From assembly GCF_001194135.2 (NCBI RefSeq), contig NC_068984.1:129044004-129108003 (forward strand): a stretch of 64,000 nucleotides of DNA, read 5' to 3'. The DNA is from Octopus bimaculoides. Lineage: Eukaryota. The stretch's first letter is position 1. Each line of letters opens with the position of its first letter. This document shows positions 52,194 to 64,000 of the stretch, piece after piece. Under the pieces are notes generated by a model, which saw nothing but the letters and a program-made list of their open reading frames with translations, had not been told where the DNA came from and made no database searches. A program made the translations under genes and the position numbers.

Positions 52194-53575
52194 NNNNNNN
52201 NNNNNNNNNNNNNNNNNNNNNNNNNNNNNNNNNNNNNNNNNNNNNNNNNNNNNNNNNNNNNNGAGAGAGAGAGAGAGAGAGGAGGAGGAGTGACATATAT
52301 GGCAAATGTAAATGTGCCGAAAGAATTTATTTCTTCTTGTATCTAAACATTCTGTGAAATAGGTTTCCAACGAAAGCAGACATTGGTAATTTCAATGAAT
52401 TATGATCGGAGAAATGTGTTCGATAAAATGTTTGTCAATTTATGTTAACTGACAGTTTCAATTAGCTTTTCCACTGAATACGTCCAAAAATTACCAACTT
52501 AAATTTGTCTTAAACTTCAAAAACTGTAATGACCATCTTTACGTTGGTAATTACTGATAATTTTTTTTTCCTATTAGCATTCTATATACTTTCGTTTCCT
52601 CATTATATATACTAAAGCCACAGGAAATTACCACATCACTAGATACTTTTTTAAATCAAAGTTGAACTCATACAAATGTTTAGATAGAACTGATAAGTTA
52701 AAATATTCATGAATGCAAGAAAGCAGTTTCTCTTGTCTTCAGCGTAAAAAAAAAAAAAAAAAAATTTCGATTTATATCTCCAATAATATCTTCAAGGAAA
52801 TTCTTCTTCTTTCACAAATTGAGATTTCAAATCAAGACAGGCTTCAACATTAATCGCCATTCGCTAGAATTTGTTTTAAGTTTACGATCGAGATATTCTT
52901 TCAAAAAGGTGTAGGTATAGTGAAAGAAATCGATCTTCTACATAACATGTCGGCACTAGAGGAATCGAGTTCGAAGTCACACCGGTGATATTTGAACTTA
53001 GAACATAGAGGGACGTAATTAAATANNNNNNNNNNNNNNNNNNNNNNNNNNNNNNNNNNNNNNNNNNNNNNNNNNNNNNNNNNNNNNNNNNNNNNNNNNN
53101 NNNNNNNNNNNNNNNNNNNNNNNNNNNNNNNNNNNNNNNNNNNNNNNNNNNNNNNNNNNNNNNNNNNNNNNNNNNNNNNNNNNNNNNNNNNNNNNNNNNN
53201 NNNNNNNNNNNNNNNNNNNNNNNNNNNNNNNNNNNNNNNNNNNNNNNNNNNNNNNNNNNNNNNNNNNNNNNNNNNNNNNNNNNNNNNNNNNNNNNNNNNN
53301 NNNNNNNNNNNNNNNNNNNNNNNNNNNNNNNNNNNNNNNNNNNNNNNNNNNNNNNNNNNNNNNNNNNNNNNNNNNNNNNNNNNNNNNNNNNNNNNNNNNN
53401 NNNNNNNNNNNNNNNNNNNNNNNNNNNNNNNNNNNNNNNNNNNNNNNNNNNNNNNNNNNNNNNNNNNNNNNNNNNNNNNNNNNNNNNNNNNNNNNNNNNN
53501 NNNNNNNNNNNNNNNNNNNNNNNNNNNNNNNNNNNNNNNNNNNNNNNNNNNNNNNNNNNNNNNNNNNNNNNNNNN

Positions 53576-53945
53576 TACGCATATATTGTTTATATAATAA
53601 ATTACGCTGTGCGTATCTATGTGTGTAACAATTTTAGAGTTCGGATTCTAGAGTTAGGGTTAGTTTTAGGGTTAGGGTTAGGGTTAACAGTCTAGTTAGG
53701 GTTAGGGGATTAATACGATATACACCGTTACAGCGCTAACTGTTTTCAACTGAATAGACGTCAGTGATTAGTAGAAATTATCGAAATAAGACAATTTTTT
53801 ACATGAAATAAATTCGAATACAAAATTTTTTTTCTGTTCTATAACACAAAATAGATAAGTATACGAAGTTTGAAAGTCTTTCAGTACCAAAAACACTACA
53901 TAAAACATAAATGAAAACTGGTGCCCCCGTTTTGAAATAGATCCC
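53576..53945. mobile_element. Unclassified repeat containing interstitial (TTAGGG)n (53654-53706)
   Basis: About six TTAGGG units with variants, next to an N gap, with a GC-rich end ggtgcccccgttttgaaatagatccc. Element nature inferred. Confidence 0.5.
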
Positions 53946-54039
53946 AATTTTGTTGCAAGCATTCGAATTAGGTCTCTATTTGAGAATACTTTTCTCCCTC
54001 CCTCACACTTGTCTAGAGGCCCTGCTAAATGGGGTAGGT

Positions 54040-54236
54040 GCAAGGTCAGCAATTTAAACTGAGGATGGTTCGTCGATTACATCGAACTGAGTATTTGACT
54101 GGTACTTTATTTTAACGACCCCGGAATGATGAGAGGCAAAGTCGACCAAGGTGGAATTTGAACACAGGACGTAAAACCGAAGAAATACCGCTAAGCATTC
54201 CGTCCAGCATGCTAACGACCCTGCCAACTCGCCGCC
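54040..54236 (-). mobile_element. SINE family B
   Basis: Reverse complement of the family B head and core. Confidence 0.85.
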
Positions 54237-55224
54237 TTATAAAGTATTTCGTAAAATTTTAAAATTTGTCATGCTTTGAACAAAGAATGTAGGTAGAGTA
54301 AAAGAATCAATTACTGTAAGACGTTAACCAAATTTTTCAAATTGTTCTTTAAAAACACCGTATTCTTTTAATTGTTTTTAATTAACTTTTAACAATGTCA
54401 TACATTCTATAGCTCCCACTCCGAAGCTAAGCCGTTGTTTTGTAAAAGCCTTCTCTGTTACTTTACACTTAAGCACTATTAACTGACACTCTGTCAGTTA
54501 CGGCGACGAGAGTTTCAGTTGATCCGATCAACGGAACAGCCTGCTCGTAAAATTAAAGTGCAAGTGGTTGTGCACCCTACAGAGACGTTTGCCCTTGACG
54601 TAGTTTTCAAGGGGATTCAGCGTGACACACAATATGACAAGGCTGGCCCTTTGAAATATAGGTACAACTCATTTTGCCGACTGAGTGAACTGAAGCAACG
54701 AGAAATAAAGTGTCTTGCTCAAGAGAATCGAAGTCACGAGCCGAATATTCTAACCACTAAATCACGCGCCTTCACCCCTCTGGCCATACGACTCATAGGG
54801 TTGGTTACCCGGCTTCCATGTTGAATAAGAGATTGTGACTACAACATTCACCCTGAACTGAATGCCGGTCCGCTGCAGGGTTCATGGTCGGCAACTTTGA
54901 GGCTTAGTTGCTACTTTATTTTATCGATCCTGAAAGGACGAAATGCGAAGTTGTCTTCGGTGGGATTTGAATTCAGAAGAAAATAGACGTTAGAAACGTC
55001 GCAACGAATTTTTAACGCCGTGCTAACGATTCTGCTAGTATGTCGCCTTCCTCTATTCGATACTGAAGCAATATTTTAAATAGTTCCTTATGCTATATAC
55101 CAATTCAATGCTTTATATTGTCTCATATGCTATATCAACGTTGTTTTATCTCCAACAATATGTTGTATTTTATATCATCACATGTACTAAACTAACCGTG
55201 TTTTATTTTTGTTTCTTCACCCAG

Positions 55225-55305
55225 GGTATGCTAACACAATGTGGAAAGACACCGACAAGGTTGTATTAGTCTACTGCCCTGAATGGTACGACCTTACCGA
55301 TGCAA
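55225..55305 (+). CDS. Isolated internal coding exon (phase 1-1, 81 nt) of an unidentified gene: xYANTMWKDTDKVVLVYCPEWYDLTDAx
   Basis: Strong acceptor (ttttattttt gtttcttcacccAG) and canonical donor (GCAA|GTAAGT). Length is a multiple of 3, only one frame is open, it is GC-richer than its flanks and it is not part of any repeat recognised in the window. Product not recognised. Confidence 0.6.
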
Positions 55306-55477
55306 GTAAGTAAAAAAAATTCCACCCTTCTTCCTTAACAGGTCAGAATAAATGAATTTTTACTTCATAGTATACTTAGCACAGGAATATCTATGTGGTT
55401 AAGAAACTCATTTTGTAACCACTTGGTTTCAGGTTCAATCCAACAGCGCGGCACTTCTTATTCGGATTTTATATATT

Positions 55478-55804
55478 TTTTTTTTTTTCATTTTTTTTTT
55501 TCATTTTATCTAGTTTCAGCTCATGAGCTGTGACCATGCTGGGGCACTGCCATTTGGTGTTGCTACACAATTTTACTTCGCGAATTTTACTTCAGGAATT
55601 GACATTTGGTGCATGAGGGAATTTGATGCAGCTGCCCTCATCTGCACCTCCTGCCGCGAAGTTGGTTCATCTGGGACACCTGACAGGAAGAGGTCCAGCC
55701 TCATCTTGAAGACACCTACATCCACCCCATGCAGGTCTCTCAGGTCCTTCGGGAGAATATGTTGAAGAGCTGTGGACCTCTGAAGCCCAGGCTATTGCAG
55801 TATC
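55478..55804 (-). pseudogene. 3' end of a CR1/L2-group LINE (YCNSLGFRGPQLFN/LPKDLRDLHGVDVGVFKMRLDLFLSGVPDEPTSRQEVQMRAAASNSLMHQ)
   Basis: C-terminal GP.LFN.LP...FK..LD..L..VPD.P...RAA.SNSL motif with one frameshift. The 3' tail matches the SINE A tail. Confidence 0.8.
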
Positions 55805-55919
55805 CGAATGTGTATGTATAACTGTGATCAGGGATGTAAACAAACACCAGCTGTGATGCAGTCTAGGGATATGCACAAGCACAAAGGCACACACACATAA
55901 TATATAAATGTGCGATGGG

Positions 55920-56070
55920 CTTTCACACTGTTTCTGCCAAACAAAATCATTAACAAAGTATTGAGTAACCCAGGGTTATAATAGAAGATACTTGTCCAAG
56001 TCGCTGTGCTGTGAGACTGACCTTGAAACCATGTGGTTACGAAGCGAACTTTTTAACCACACAGCCATGC
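55920..56070 (-). mobile_element. SINE family A 5' part
   Basis: aaccacacagccatgcg...ccatgtggttac...cttgtccaag, reverse complement of the head. Confidence 0.75.
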
Positions 56071-56679
56071 GTACGTGCGTCTGTGTCTGAAAAATATGAA
56101 GAGTTAACAAAAGAGGTCATTTTTTATTTTATTTTAAGATAAATTCGTTAGTTATTTTGTTTAACCTTAACAGTAACCTGACTTGTCTGAACTTTCGACG
56201 AACTATTAATGTTCTTTAGTTGTTTTACTGGTTTGGACGGTGGCCATGCTAGAGCACAAATTTAAAGGTTTTTCGGTGATCATATCGTCCCCAGTAGTTA
56301 TTTTAGTCTGGTGCATACAGTATTTTATCGTTCTCTACTTTTGGATACATTACGTTATAGATTTTAGACATAAAGTGACATAAATAGACAAACCAGTTTT
56401 AGACACGCGCGCGCGTTTGTGTGTGTGTGTGTGTATACACACGATAGTCTTTACGCAGTTTCCTTCACTGAAATTCAACTCATAAGACACTGGGACATCT
56501 GAAGGTTTGATGGAAGACACTAGCTTAAGAAACCGCGTTCGGGTTCGCGTTCGGGACCATGTGATTGCAAAGTGCTCACTTATCAACCACAGCCATTCCT
56601 ATAACCTCAATAAATATGAAAATGCAAGTGTTGTATGTACGTATGTATGTATGCATGTACGTATGTATGGATGTATGTA

Positions 56680-56790
<111 letters not shown>

Positions 56791-57265
56791 GTGTGTGTGT
56801 GTGTGAGTGAAAACGGTCAGCAACATTGATAAACTACTGATAAGTAAATAGTAATTTAGTCACTTTTAAATGAGATTCACCAGACTTGATTTAATTTCAA
56901 TGTTTTCTTTATATTCGAGCTGTACAGGCTTATTCACATCCTGTTAAAGAGTCACACTAATTGATATTCAAATGTCGTAGACATAAAAACACCTATGTTT
57001 TTCCTAAAATATTGTTCACAATTCGTTTCACTGTGGGTGTTGTGTAAGGTCTCTCTTATTTATTCATGTCATGTTTTCTGTGAATAACAGCGTCGCTGGT
57101 TATAGGTTTCGAAGAGGGTCAATCGTTATTTCATTGCATTACTAACGTCAAGAGAAATGGGAGAGTATCTGTTGAATGCTCGCTGGATACATAGTTCAAG
57201 CTATTTTGGTTCAAACGCACGCTTTCTCCATTTCCTTGTCGGCGTATTCGTCATTTATCAAGAAA

Positions 57266-57390
57266 CACGAGGGGGTGCTGAAAAGTTTCTGGCTTTGGGT
57301 AACAGGAAATACAGGATGATTTGTTAATTATGATTTTATTCAACATATTCAACATATTCCCCTCTCAGATTCACACACTTATTGCAGTGG
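57266..57390 (+). mobile_element. Truncated copy of the mariner-type MITE
   Basis: cacgagggggtgctgaaaagtttctggcttt...cagattcacacacttattgcag matches the 45751 element. Confidence 0.8.
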
Positions 57391-58581
57391 TATTGTCCCC
57401 TCTATGTTTAGCCCCCTGTGAGCAATAAAGAAATAAAAATATGACCTTGTTTTAAAAGTGTTAAATATTAACTCTGTATACTGTCTGAACTCCAATGAAG
57501 CAAACATCCATCGGGTGAAATACTATGTGATTGTTTGCCGTAAACAAATTCCTATCTTTCCATATCATTCGATGTGACTAGCCACAACCTGGATTATATT
57601 AGAGTACCTGTCCAGATTTCACATCTCTATCCATTCATGTTATATATAAAACATCCTCCAGTGTATTCTTTAAGATAGTGGTTATTAATTTCAGTGAGAT
57701 TTTGTTGCTAAATATGTCAGTTAGAGTGATCGCATATTAGCCTCCCTCGTTATATGTGTGTGTTTGTGTGTGTGTGTCCTCTGTTTGATGTCTGCAATAA
57801 TGACAATTAAAGTAACTAATGAGATATTTCACCAGGGGTAATAAAAGTACACAGAAGGCATTATGTATATAAAAATATTGTTCCGTCTGTGTTTAAAACA
57901 GTCTCTTTGAACTTTGTAAAAACAAACCGCTGGAGATTAAAAAATGAAATAAAGTAGAAATCTAGAAAATCTTGATAAATAACAACAATGAGATCACTAT
58001 GTCTGTTCCAAGTCAGATAATTTTGTAACAATGGAGCTGCTTTAAATATCAAGATTTTTATGTCTTTAAAATCTGTACCGTTTTCAAACAGAAAAATATT
58101 TAGATTGTTAAACAAGATAAGTGGGATATAGTGTTATTCACATAGACATATAAAATGTAACCTTACTAGACTTTGTACTTGACATGAGCTAAAGTTATTT
58201 GAATGATTTAGCCACATAACATAGGTATGATTGTGTGGTTCAGAAGTTCGTTTTTAACTACGTGGTTCCAGGTTCGATATTATCACATGTGTTTTCTATT
58301 ATAACGTACCTCAGGTTAACCATTGGTTGTGAGTGCAATTTAGCTCACAACTTTGGAGAAGCCTACAAATAGATATATATATACTTATTGAATTTATTTA
58401 CAGATACTGTTGTACATAGAGTAAATGTGCTTGAAAGTTGTGGTTTCTTTATTATGTTTGTTTTCCCGAATTGAATGGTACTGCTCAGGTGTCGAGACCA
58501 TAATGATATCCGTAGGGCAGCTGACGATGGAGGTATGTTGGTTTTTGTATATGTGGAATAGTGTTATAATACATCCTTCTG

Positions 58582-58630
<49 letters not shown>

Positions 58631-58639
58631 TGCGCGTAT

Positions 58640-60022
58640 ATGTAGACGTGTCCACAGCAGAATATTTTCGACAAGTTCCTTCCACAATTCCCTATTTTCC
58701 ATGGCTCGTGGCAACTGTTCCTTACTGAGGTTTTCATCGTCTGCAAATTGTAACCATCTTTGAGAAATTGCAGACGTTATCTTGGGCATGTTTCCGTATA
58801 AACTTTCATTTGTAATACGTTGACGCCTCTTTACGTTTTGTACACCCCAAGCATTTTAATGTATGCACCATCTAGTTTCTTCTCACGTGCTTGTATCAGC
58901 GTCCATGTACCTGATCTATACAACAACACTGGCTCAAAAGATGCTCTGAAGGATGATATTTTGATTGTTTGATTTTTCCATATCTTTTCCATTCTGTTTA
59001 TTGCAGCCCAGGCTTTGGTAATTCTAATATCAAAGTCCTTTTTTTATGAACTTATCCAGCTGCCCAAATATAGAAAATCATCAACTTGATTTATTATTCC
59101 ATCATCCAATGTGAGAAGATTTCCATCCTTTTGGTTTACCGATATTTTCTCTGTCTTGGTAACATTTATGTGTAGACAAATTTTCCTGACAGAGAATTCG
59201 ACTTTATGAAGAAGTTCTTGAGCTTCATCAATAGTACGTCATAAAAGAGCTGTCATCAGCAAAATGTGTATCACATATAACAGTTGGTAGGTTTCGTTTC
59301 CTTCTGCTTTGTGTCACTGTAAAACGGAAATTTTGTTCATTAATTCTGGCTTCCATCGTGGCAGAGTCCAGAGCAGTTCAGAAAAGATATAATGCAATGT
59401 TTCTCCTTGAAATATATCCGCTAGGATTTCAAAAGCCTAGATTATTACCATTAGAAGAGAGAACTTGCGCTTCCATGTTTATGTAGAGTACATTTGTAGC
59501 TGAAAGTATGGCATCAGGTGTGTCATATGCAACTAGGATTGACATAGGCTTTCCTCTATACCTGGAGTAAAAAATCCTTTATGAAGTTAATGAAAGTTAG
59601 TACAGCTTTCAAATCTTTTGATCTGACATCTTCAAGTAGTTTCTGCAGTGTCAATATTTGTGAGACAGTTAAGGCGGCGAACTGGCAGAAACGTTAGCAC
59701 ACCGGGCGAAATGCTTAGCAGTATTTCGTTAGCCTTTACGTTCTAAGTTCAAATTCCGCTGCGGTCAACTTTGCCTTTCATTTTCAGGGTCGATAAATTA
59801 AGTACCAGTTGCGTACTGGGGTTGATCTAATCGACTAGCCCCCTCCCCAAAAATTTCGGGCCTTGTGCCTAGAGTAGAGAAGAATATTTGTGAGACAGTT
59901 GATTTATTCTGTCGAAAACCGTTTTGATCTATTCTGAGTTTCGGGTCTAGATGTGGTCTTATTCTATTTAAGTAATATACTGTTGTAGAGATTTTAGCTG
60001 CAACTACTAACAAAGTTATTGC
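58640..60022 (-). pseudogene. RTE-clade LINE 3' portion (decayed RT), interrupted by a SINE
   Basis: ITLLVVAAKI...LNRIRPHLDPKLRIDQNGFRQNKSTVSQI|LTLQKLLE...HFADD...PKITSAISQRWLQF...AMENRELWKELV, with many stops and frameshifts. Confidence 0.85.
59671..59882 (+). mobile_element. Full-length SINE family B nested in the RTE, 18-bp TSD
   Basis: AATATTTGTGAGACAGTT at 59653-59670 and 59883-59900. Confidence 0.95.
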
Positions 60023-60597
60023 ACACACACACACACACGCACACATACGCACACACACACACACACACACATGTCTATGTTTAGTTTTATATGCATGTAT
60101 ATATATATATATNNNNNNNNNNNNNNNNNNNNNNNNNNNNNNNNNNNNNNNNNNNNNNNNNNNNNNNNNNNNNNNNNNNNNNNNNNNNNNNNNNNNNNNN
60201 NNNNNNNNNNNNNNNNNNNNNNNNNNNNNNNNNNNNNNNNNNNNNNNNNNNNNNNNNNNNNNNNNNNNNNNNNNNNNNNNNNNNNNNNNNNNNNNNNNNN
60301 NNNNNNNNNNNNNNNNNNNNNNNNNNNNNNNNNNNNNNNNNNNNNNNNNNNNNNNNNNNNNNNNNNNNNNNNNNNNNNNNNNNNNNNNNNNNNNNNNNNN
60401 NNNNNNNNNNNNNNNNNNNNNNNNNNNNNNNNNNNNNNNNNNNNNNNNNNNNNNNNNNNNNNNNNNNNNNNNNNNNNNNNNNNNNNNNNNNNNNNNNNNN
60501 NNNNNNNNNNNNNNNNNNNNNNNNNNNNNNNNNNNNNNNNNNNNNNNNNNNNNNNNNNNNNNNNNNNNNNNNNNNNNNNNNNNNNNNNNNNNNNNNN

Positions 60598-60631
<34 letters not shown>

Positions 60632-60633
60632 AC

Positions 60634-60685
<52 letters not shown>

Positions 60686-61084
60686 AAAAGGCTTTGTATA
60701 ATTTATCATACCAAGCATTACTGAAGGTATATGAAGATATGACATACATCAAAAATATTCTGACATAATTTCAAACATACATGAAAGAACCTTGTAATGA
60801 AAACGGTTTGATGGAGATCTGGGCGAAATTTTGACGTTATGTATGTTTTTATTATGAGAAGCATATTTACTTTTCCTACTTTTTCTGTCCTTAATTGATG
60901 ACATGGGGAAGACAGTGCTGCAGAAATGTGTTTGTTGGATACGATGGCCGAATGTTAAGGCATTGGACGATTTTGATTATGCTGACGTCCTAATGATAAT
61001 TATATGTGTGTGGGTGAGAGTGTGTGTGTTTGTGTGTGTGTGTGTATGTGTGTGCGTGGTATAATGGTGTAGTCTAGTATATCT

Positions 61085-61400
61085 CTTATCATTTATTTGT
61101 CCCAGTCATTATACTGCGGCCATTCTGGAGCACCGCCTTGACGGGTTCCGTTGAACAAATCCACCTCAGTATTTATTTCTTCAGTCAGGTACTTATTCTA
61201 TCGGTTTATTTTACCGAACCTCTAAGTCAAGGGGATGTAAGCAACCAGCATTGGTTGTCGAGCGGTGATGAGGGCCAAAGCACAAGCATACATATACGAC
61301 GGGTTTCACACAGTTTCCGTCTACCAAATTCACTCACGATGCAGTGGTCGGCCAGAACTATAGTAGAAGATACTTACCCAAGGGTTCGCGCAAAGGGACT
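61085..61400 (-). mobile_element. SINE family A, degenerate
   Basis: Tail cagtcattatactgcggccattctggagcaccgcc and core are recognisable. Confidence 0.75.
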
Positions 61401-61554
61401 GAATTCGAAACCACATACTGACAAAGGGAGCTATTCCTGCATTTATATGTAATAACATGATACATACATGTTCTGACCTGATTTCATTTGTATACTAGAT
61501 GTAATATATATTTATATCGTTCTACTCAAGTATTAAACAATTGAATTAATATTC

Positions 61555-61945
61555 TTTAGGAGGAGAGGGCTAGCCGATTACATTGATGCCAGTACTCAAC
61601 TGGTTCTTCTTTTATCGATCCCGAAAGGGTGAAAATGCAAAGCGACGTCGGCGTAATTTGAACTCGGATCGTAACACTGAAAGAAATGCCGCTAAGCATC
61701 TTGTCCGGCGCGCTAACGATTCTACCAGCTCGCCGCCTCCTCGGTTTCAAATTTTGGCACAAGGCACAGCAATTTCGGGAGAGGGGCTAAGTCGATTACA
61801 TTCATCCCAGTGATCGACTGGTACTTATTTTATTGACACTGAAAGGATGAAAATGCAAAGGCGACGTCGGCGTAATTTGAACTCGGAACGTAACGCTGAA
61901 AGAAATGCCGTTAAGCATGTTGTCCGGCGTGCTGATGATTCTACA
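61555..61945 (-). mobile_element. Two tandem SINE family B copies (period about 218 bp)
   Basis: Both carry the same non-consensus variants (gaaaatgcaaag at 61631 and 61849; cgtaatttgaactcgga). Confidence 0.85.
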
Positions 61946-63065
61946 GGCTTCCTGCTAACAGTCTGGTTAATATCACTTGAAAAACTATATTGGCACTTTA
62001 AGATGTGTGTGTGTGAGTGTTTGCGTGTGTGCGTGTGTGTGTGTGTGTGGAGGGGGAGAGAGAGAAAGAGTGAGAGAGACGGAGTGTGGATAATGTTATT
62101 CTTTTCCTGTATGTACATGTTGACATACTTGTTGAATTACAGCTTGTCTGACAGATATGCTTATCATTTCGAGACGACGAGACCGGTAAAACTTTCCATT
62201 ATATGGACATAGTTAATTAGTAGATATTCTTTCTCGATGTACCTATTCGCCGACAGCAAATTCTTAATTAATGTATATCCGTTTAGAATCACACCTGTAA
62301 AAGATAATGGACGTTTTCCTTTTGATTTTGCCAATAAATGGTGTGCCAGCGGTATCAGAAAAAAAGAACATAGATGTGATATAATGAACGTAACATAGGT
62401 AGAATTACACTCGCTCCCAGTCACGCCTGTAGGTATATTTAAATGAATTGTCGTATGAAGCTTAATGTATGCAGTTGATGAATGGAGTAAATAGCTGAAT
62501 AGTTAATGGAAGTTGTCTTGAAACAGTTGATTGTTAATAATGTGACAGAAAGCAAATGCTAGTCGTAGTCGTTGTTGTTCTTGCTGTAGTTTCACCTGAA
62601 GTCATCCTTGATTGAGAATACCTGTGACCAAAGGTATTCGTAAACCAATCGTTTTATTTTCAAGTATAATGTACCTAGGACTGCAGTATCAAATATGTCC
62701 TTTCTTTTTTATAATGAGGGAGAGAGAGAGCGCGCGATATAGAGATTTGTTTACTATTTCTAGCAGATCGAGGAATCCAGAATCATCGGTAAACAGCGGC
62801 CCGCAAGAATTTGTGAATGGCACGTCTAATGCAAAAATACCTTGAATTAAATATGTGTATATATATATATATATATTAGTATTGCGGCCCACTTGATGAT
62901 ATATCATGTTTCATGCAGCCAGCTTCTCGAAAATTGTTGCCCACACATTTGCTCGTAAGAACGTTAATGTAGTTCAGTCAGAGAAATGAGAATAGTCATT
63001 AAAGTATGATTTAAATAACTAATTAATGTACGAAGTTTTTTTCTATATTAAAACATCTTATTTAA

Positions 63066-63489
63066 GCTATCGACTGTGTGGTTAAGAAGCACGCAGACAA
63101 TCACGTGGTTTCGGACTCAATCCAACTGAGCGGCACTTCCGCGAGTGTCTTCTACTTTAGCCCCGGACCGACCAATGCTTTGTGAATGACTCTGGCAGAC
63201 GGAAACTGTATGGAAGCCCGTTGTATACGTGTGTGTGTGTATGTATGAGAGAGAGATTGTGTGTGTGCGTGTGTGGTGTGTGTTTATTCTTGTCCCCCAC
63301 CACCACTACCACCACTTGAAAACCGGTGTTGATTTGTTTACCTTCTCGAAAACTAGCGGTTCGGCAAAAAGAAAGTGACAGAATAAATACCAGGCTTCAA
63401 ATAAGTACAGAGGTCGAATTGTTTGACTAAAAGCTTCAAGGCAATGCTCCAGTATGGTTGCAGTCCAATGACTGAAACAAGTAAAAGAC
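63066..63489 (+). mobile_element. SINE family A, near full length, diverged
   Basis: Head ctgtgtggttaagaag, core, and tail gcaatgctccagtatggttgcagtccaatgactgaaacaagtaaaag. Confidence 0.85.
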
Positions 63490-64000
63490 AAATGATATTT
63501 GATTATAATTAATTTTACGTGATCAGTTAACCGGATTGCATTATAATTAATTTTAGTGTAATCAACCTAATGTATTTTGTAAGTAAATTTCTGCATTTGA
63601 TTTTTTCATTTTAATATTTCTATTTACTTTATTTGCTAAATTTCATTAAGTTAATTGATGCAAGCACTTTTTAATTGTCAACCTACATGGGCAGGTTTTT
63701 TTGTTGTTTTTTTTTGCTAATTTACACGATATAGCTTTCGTTTTCATGGTCTGTGAATTCTAAATTTATATTTTTATCACATATGCAAATCTGGAAATTT
63801 ATTGAGAAATTGTTCCACATAAAACAAACCAGTTTCCTACTTTGATTATTTAAAATTCAGCACAATTTCTTCCAGTCTCGTATCATATTATACACTGAGC
63901 CACAAAAGAAACGCGAGATGAGTGTGACTGTGAAATATGTTTTAATTTCATCGTGTTAGAGATAAAGTTTGATAAATCGGATTGTCAATTTTTAAGATGC

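Noticed and set aside
62164-62907. Protein-like ORFs on both strands near 62.2-62.9 kb
   Set aside because: No consistent splice pattern or recognisable domain; cannot be supported.

Overview
AT-rich eukaryotic genomic DNA, very probably octopus: the SINE families, compound microsatellite density and many N gaps suggest a short-read Octopus-type assembly (inference, not confirmed by a database search). Most of the window is intron-like or intergenic. It is packed with tRNA-derived SINEs (at least four families, labelled A-D here for convenience), decayed LINE fragments (R4/Dong-type RLE, RTE, CR1/L2, I/Jockey-like), DNA-transposon relics (Tigger, mariner MITE, Helentron-associated element), Penelope-like repeats with degenerate hammerhead-ribozyme motifs, and simple repeats. 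Almost every ORF in the supplied track is an artefact of microsatellites, N runs or SINEs. No complete gene can be called. The best coding signal is an isolated 81-nt + strand exon at 55225-55305. Several short minus-strand exon candidates can be chained in frame into a speculative ~93-aa secreted precursor. No rRNA, true tRNA gene or CRISPR array was seen.
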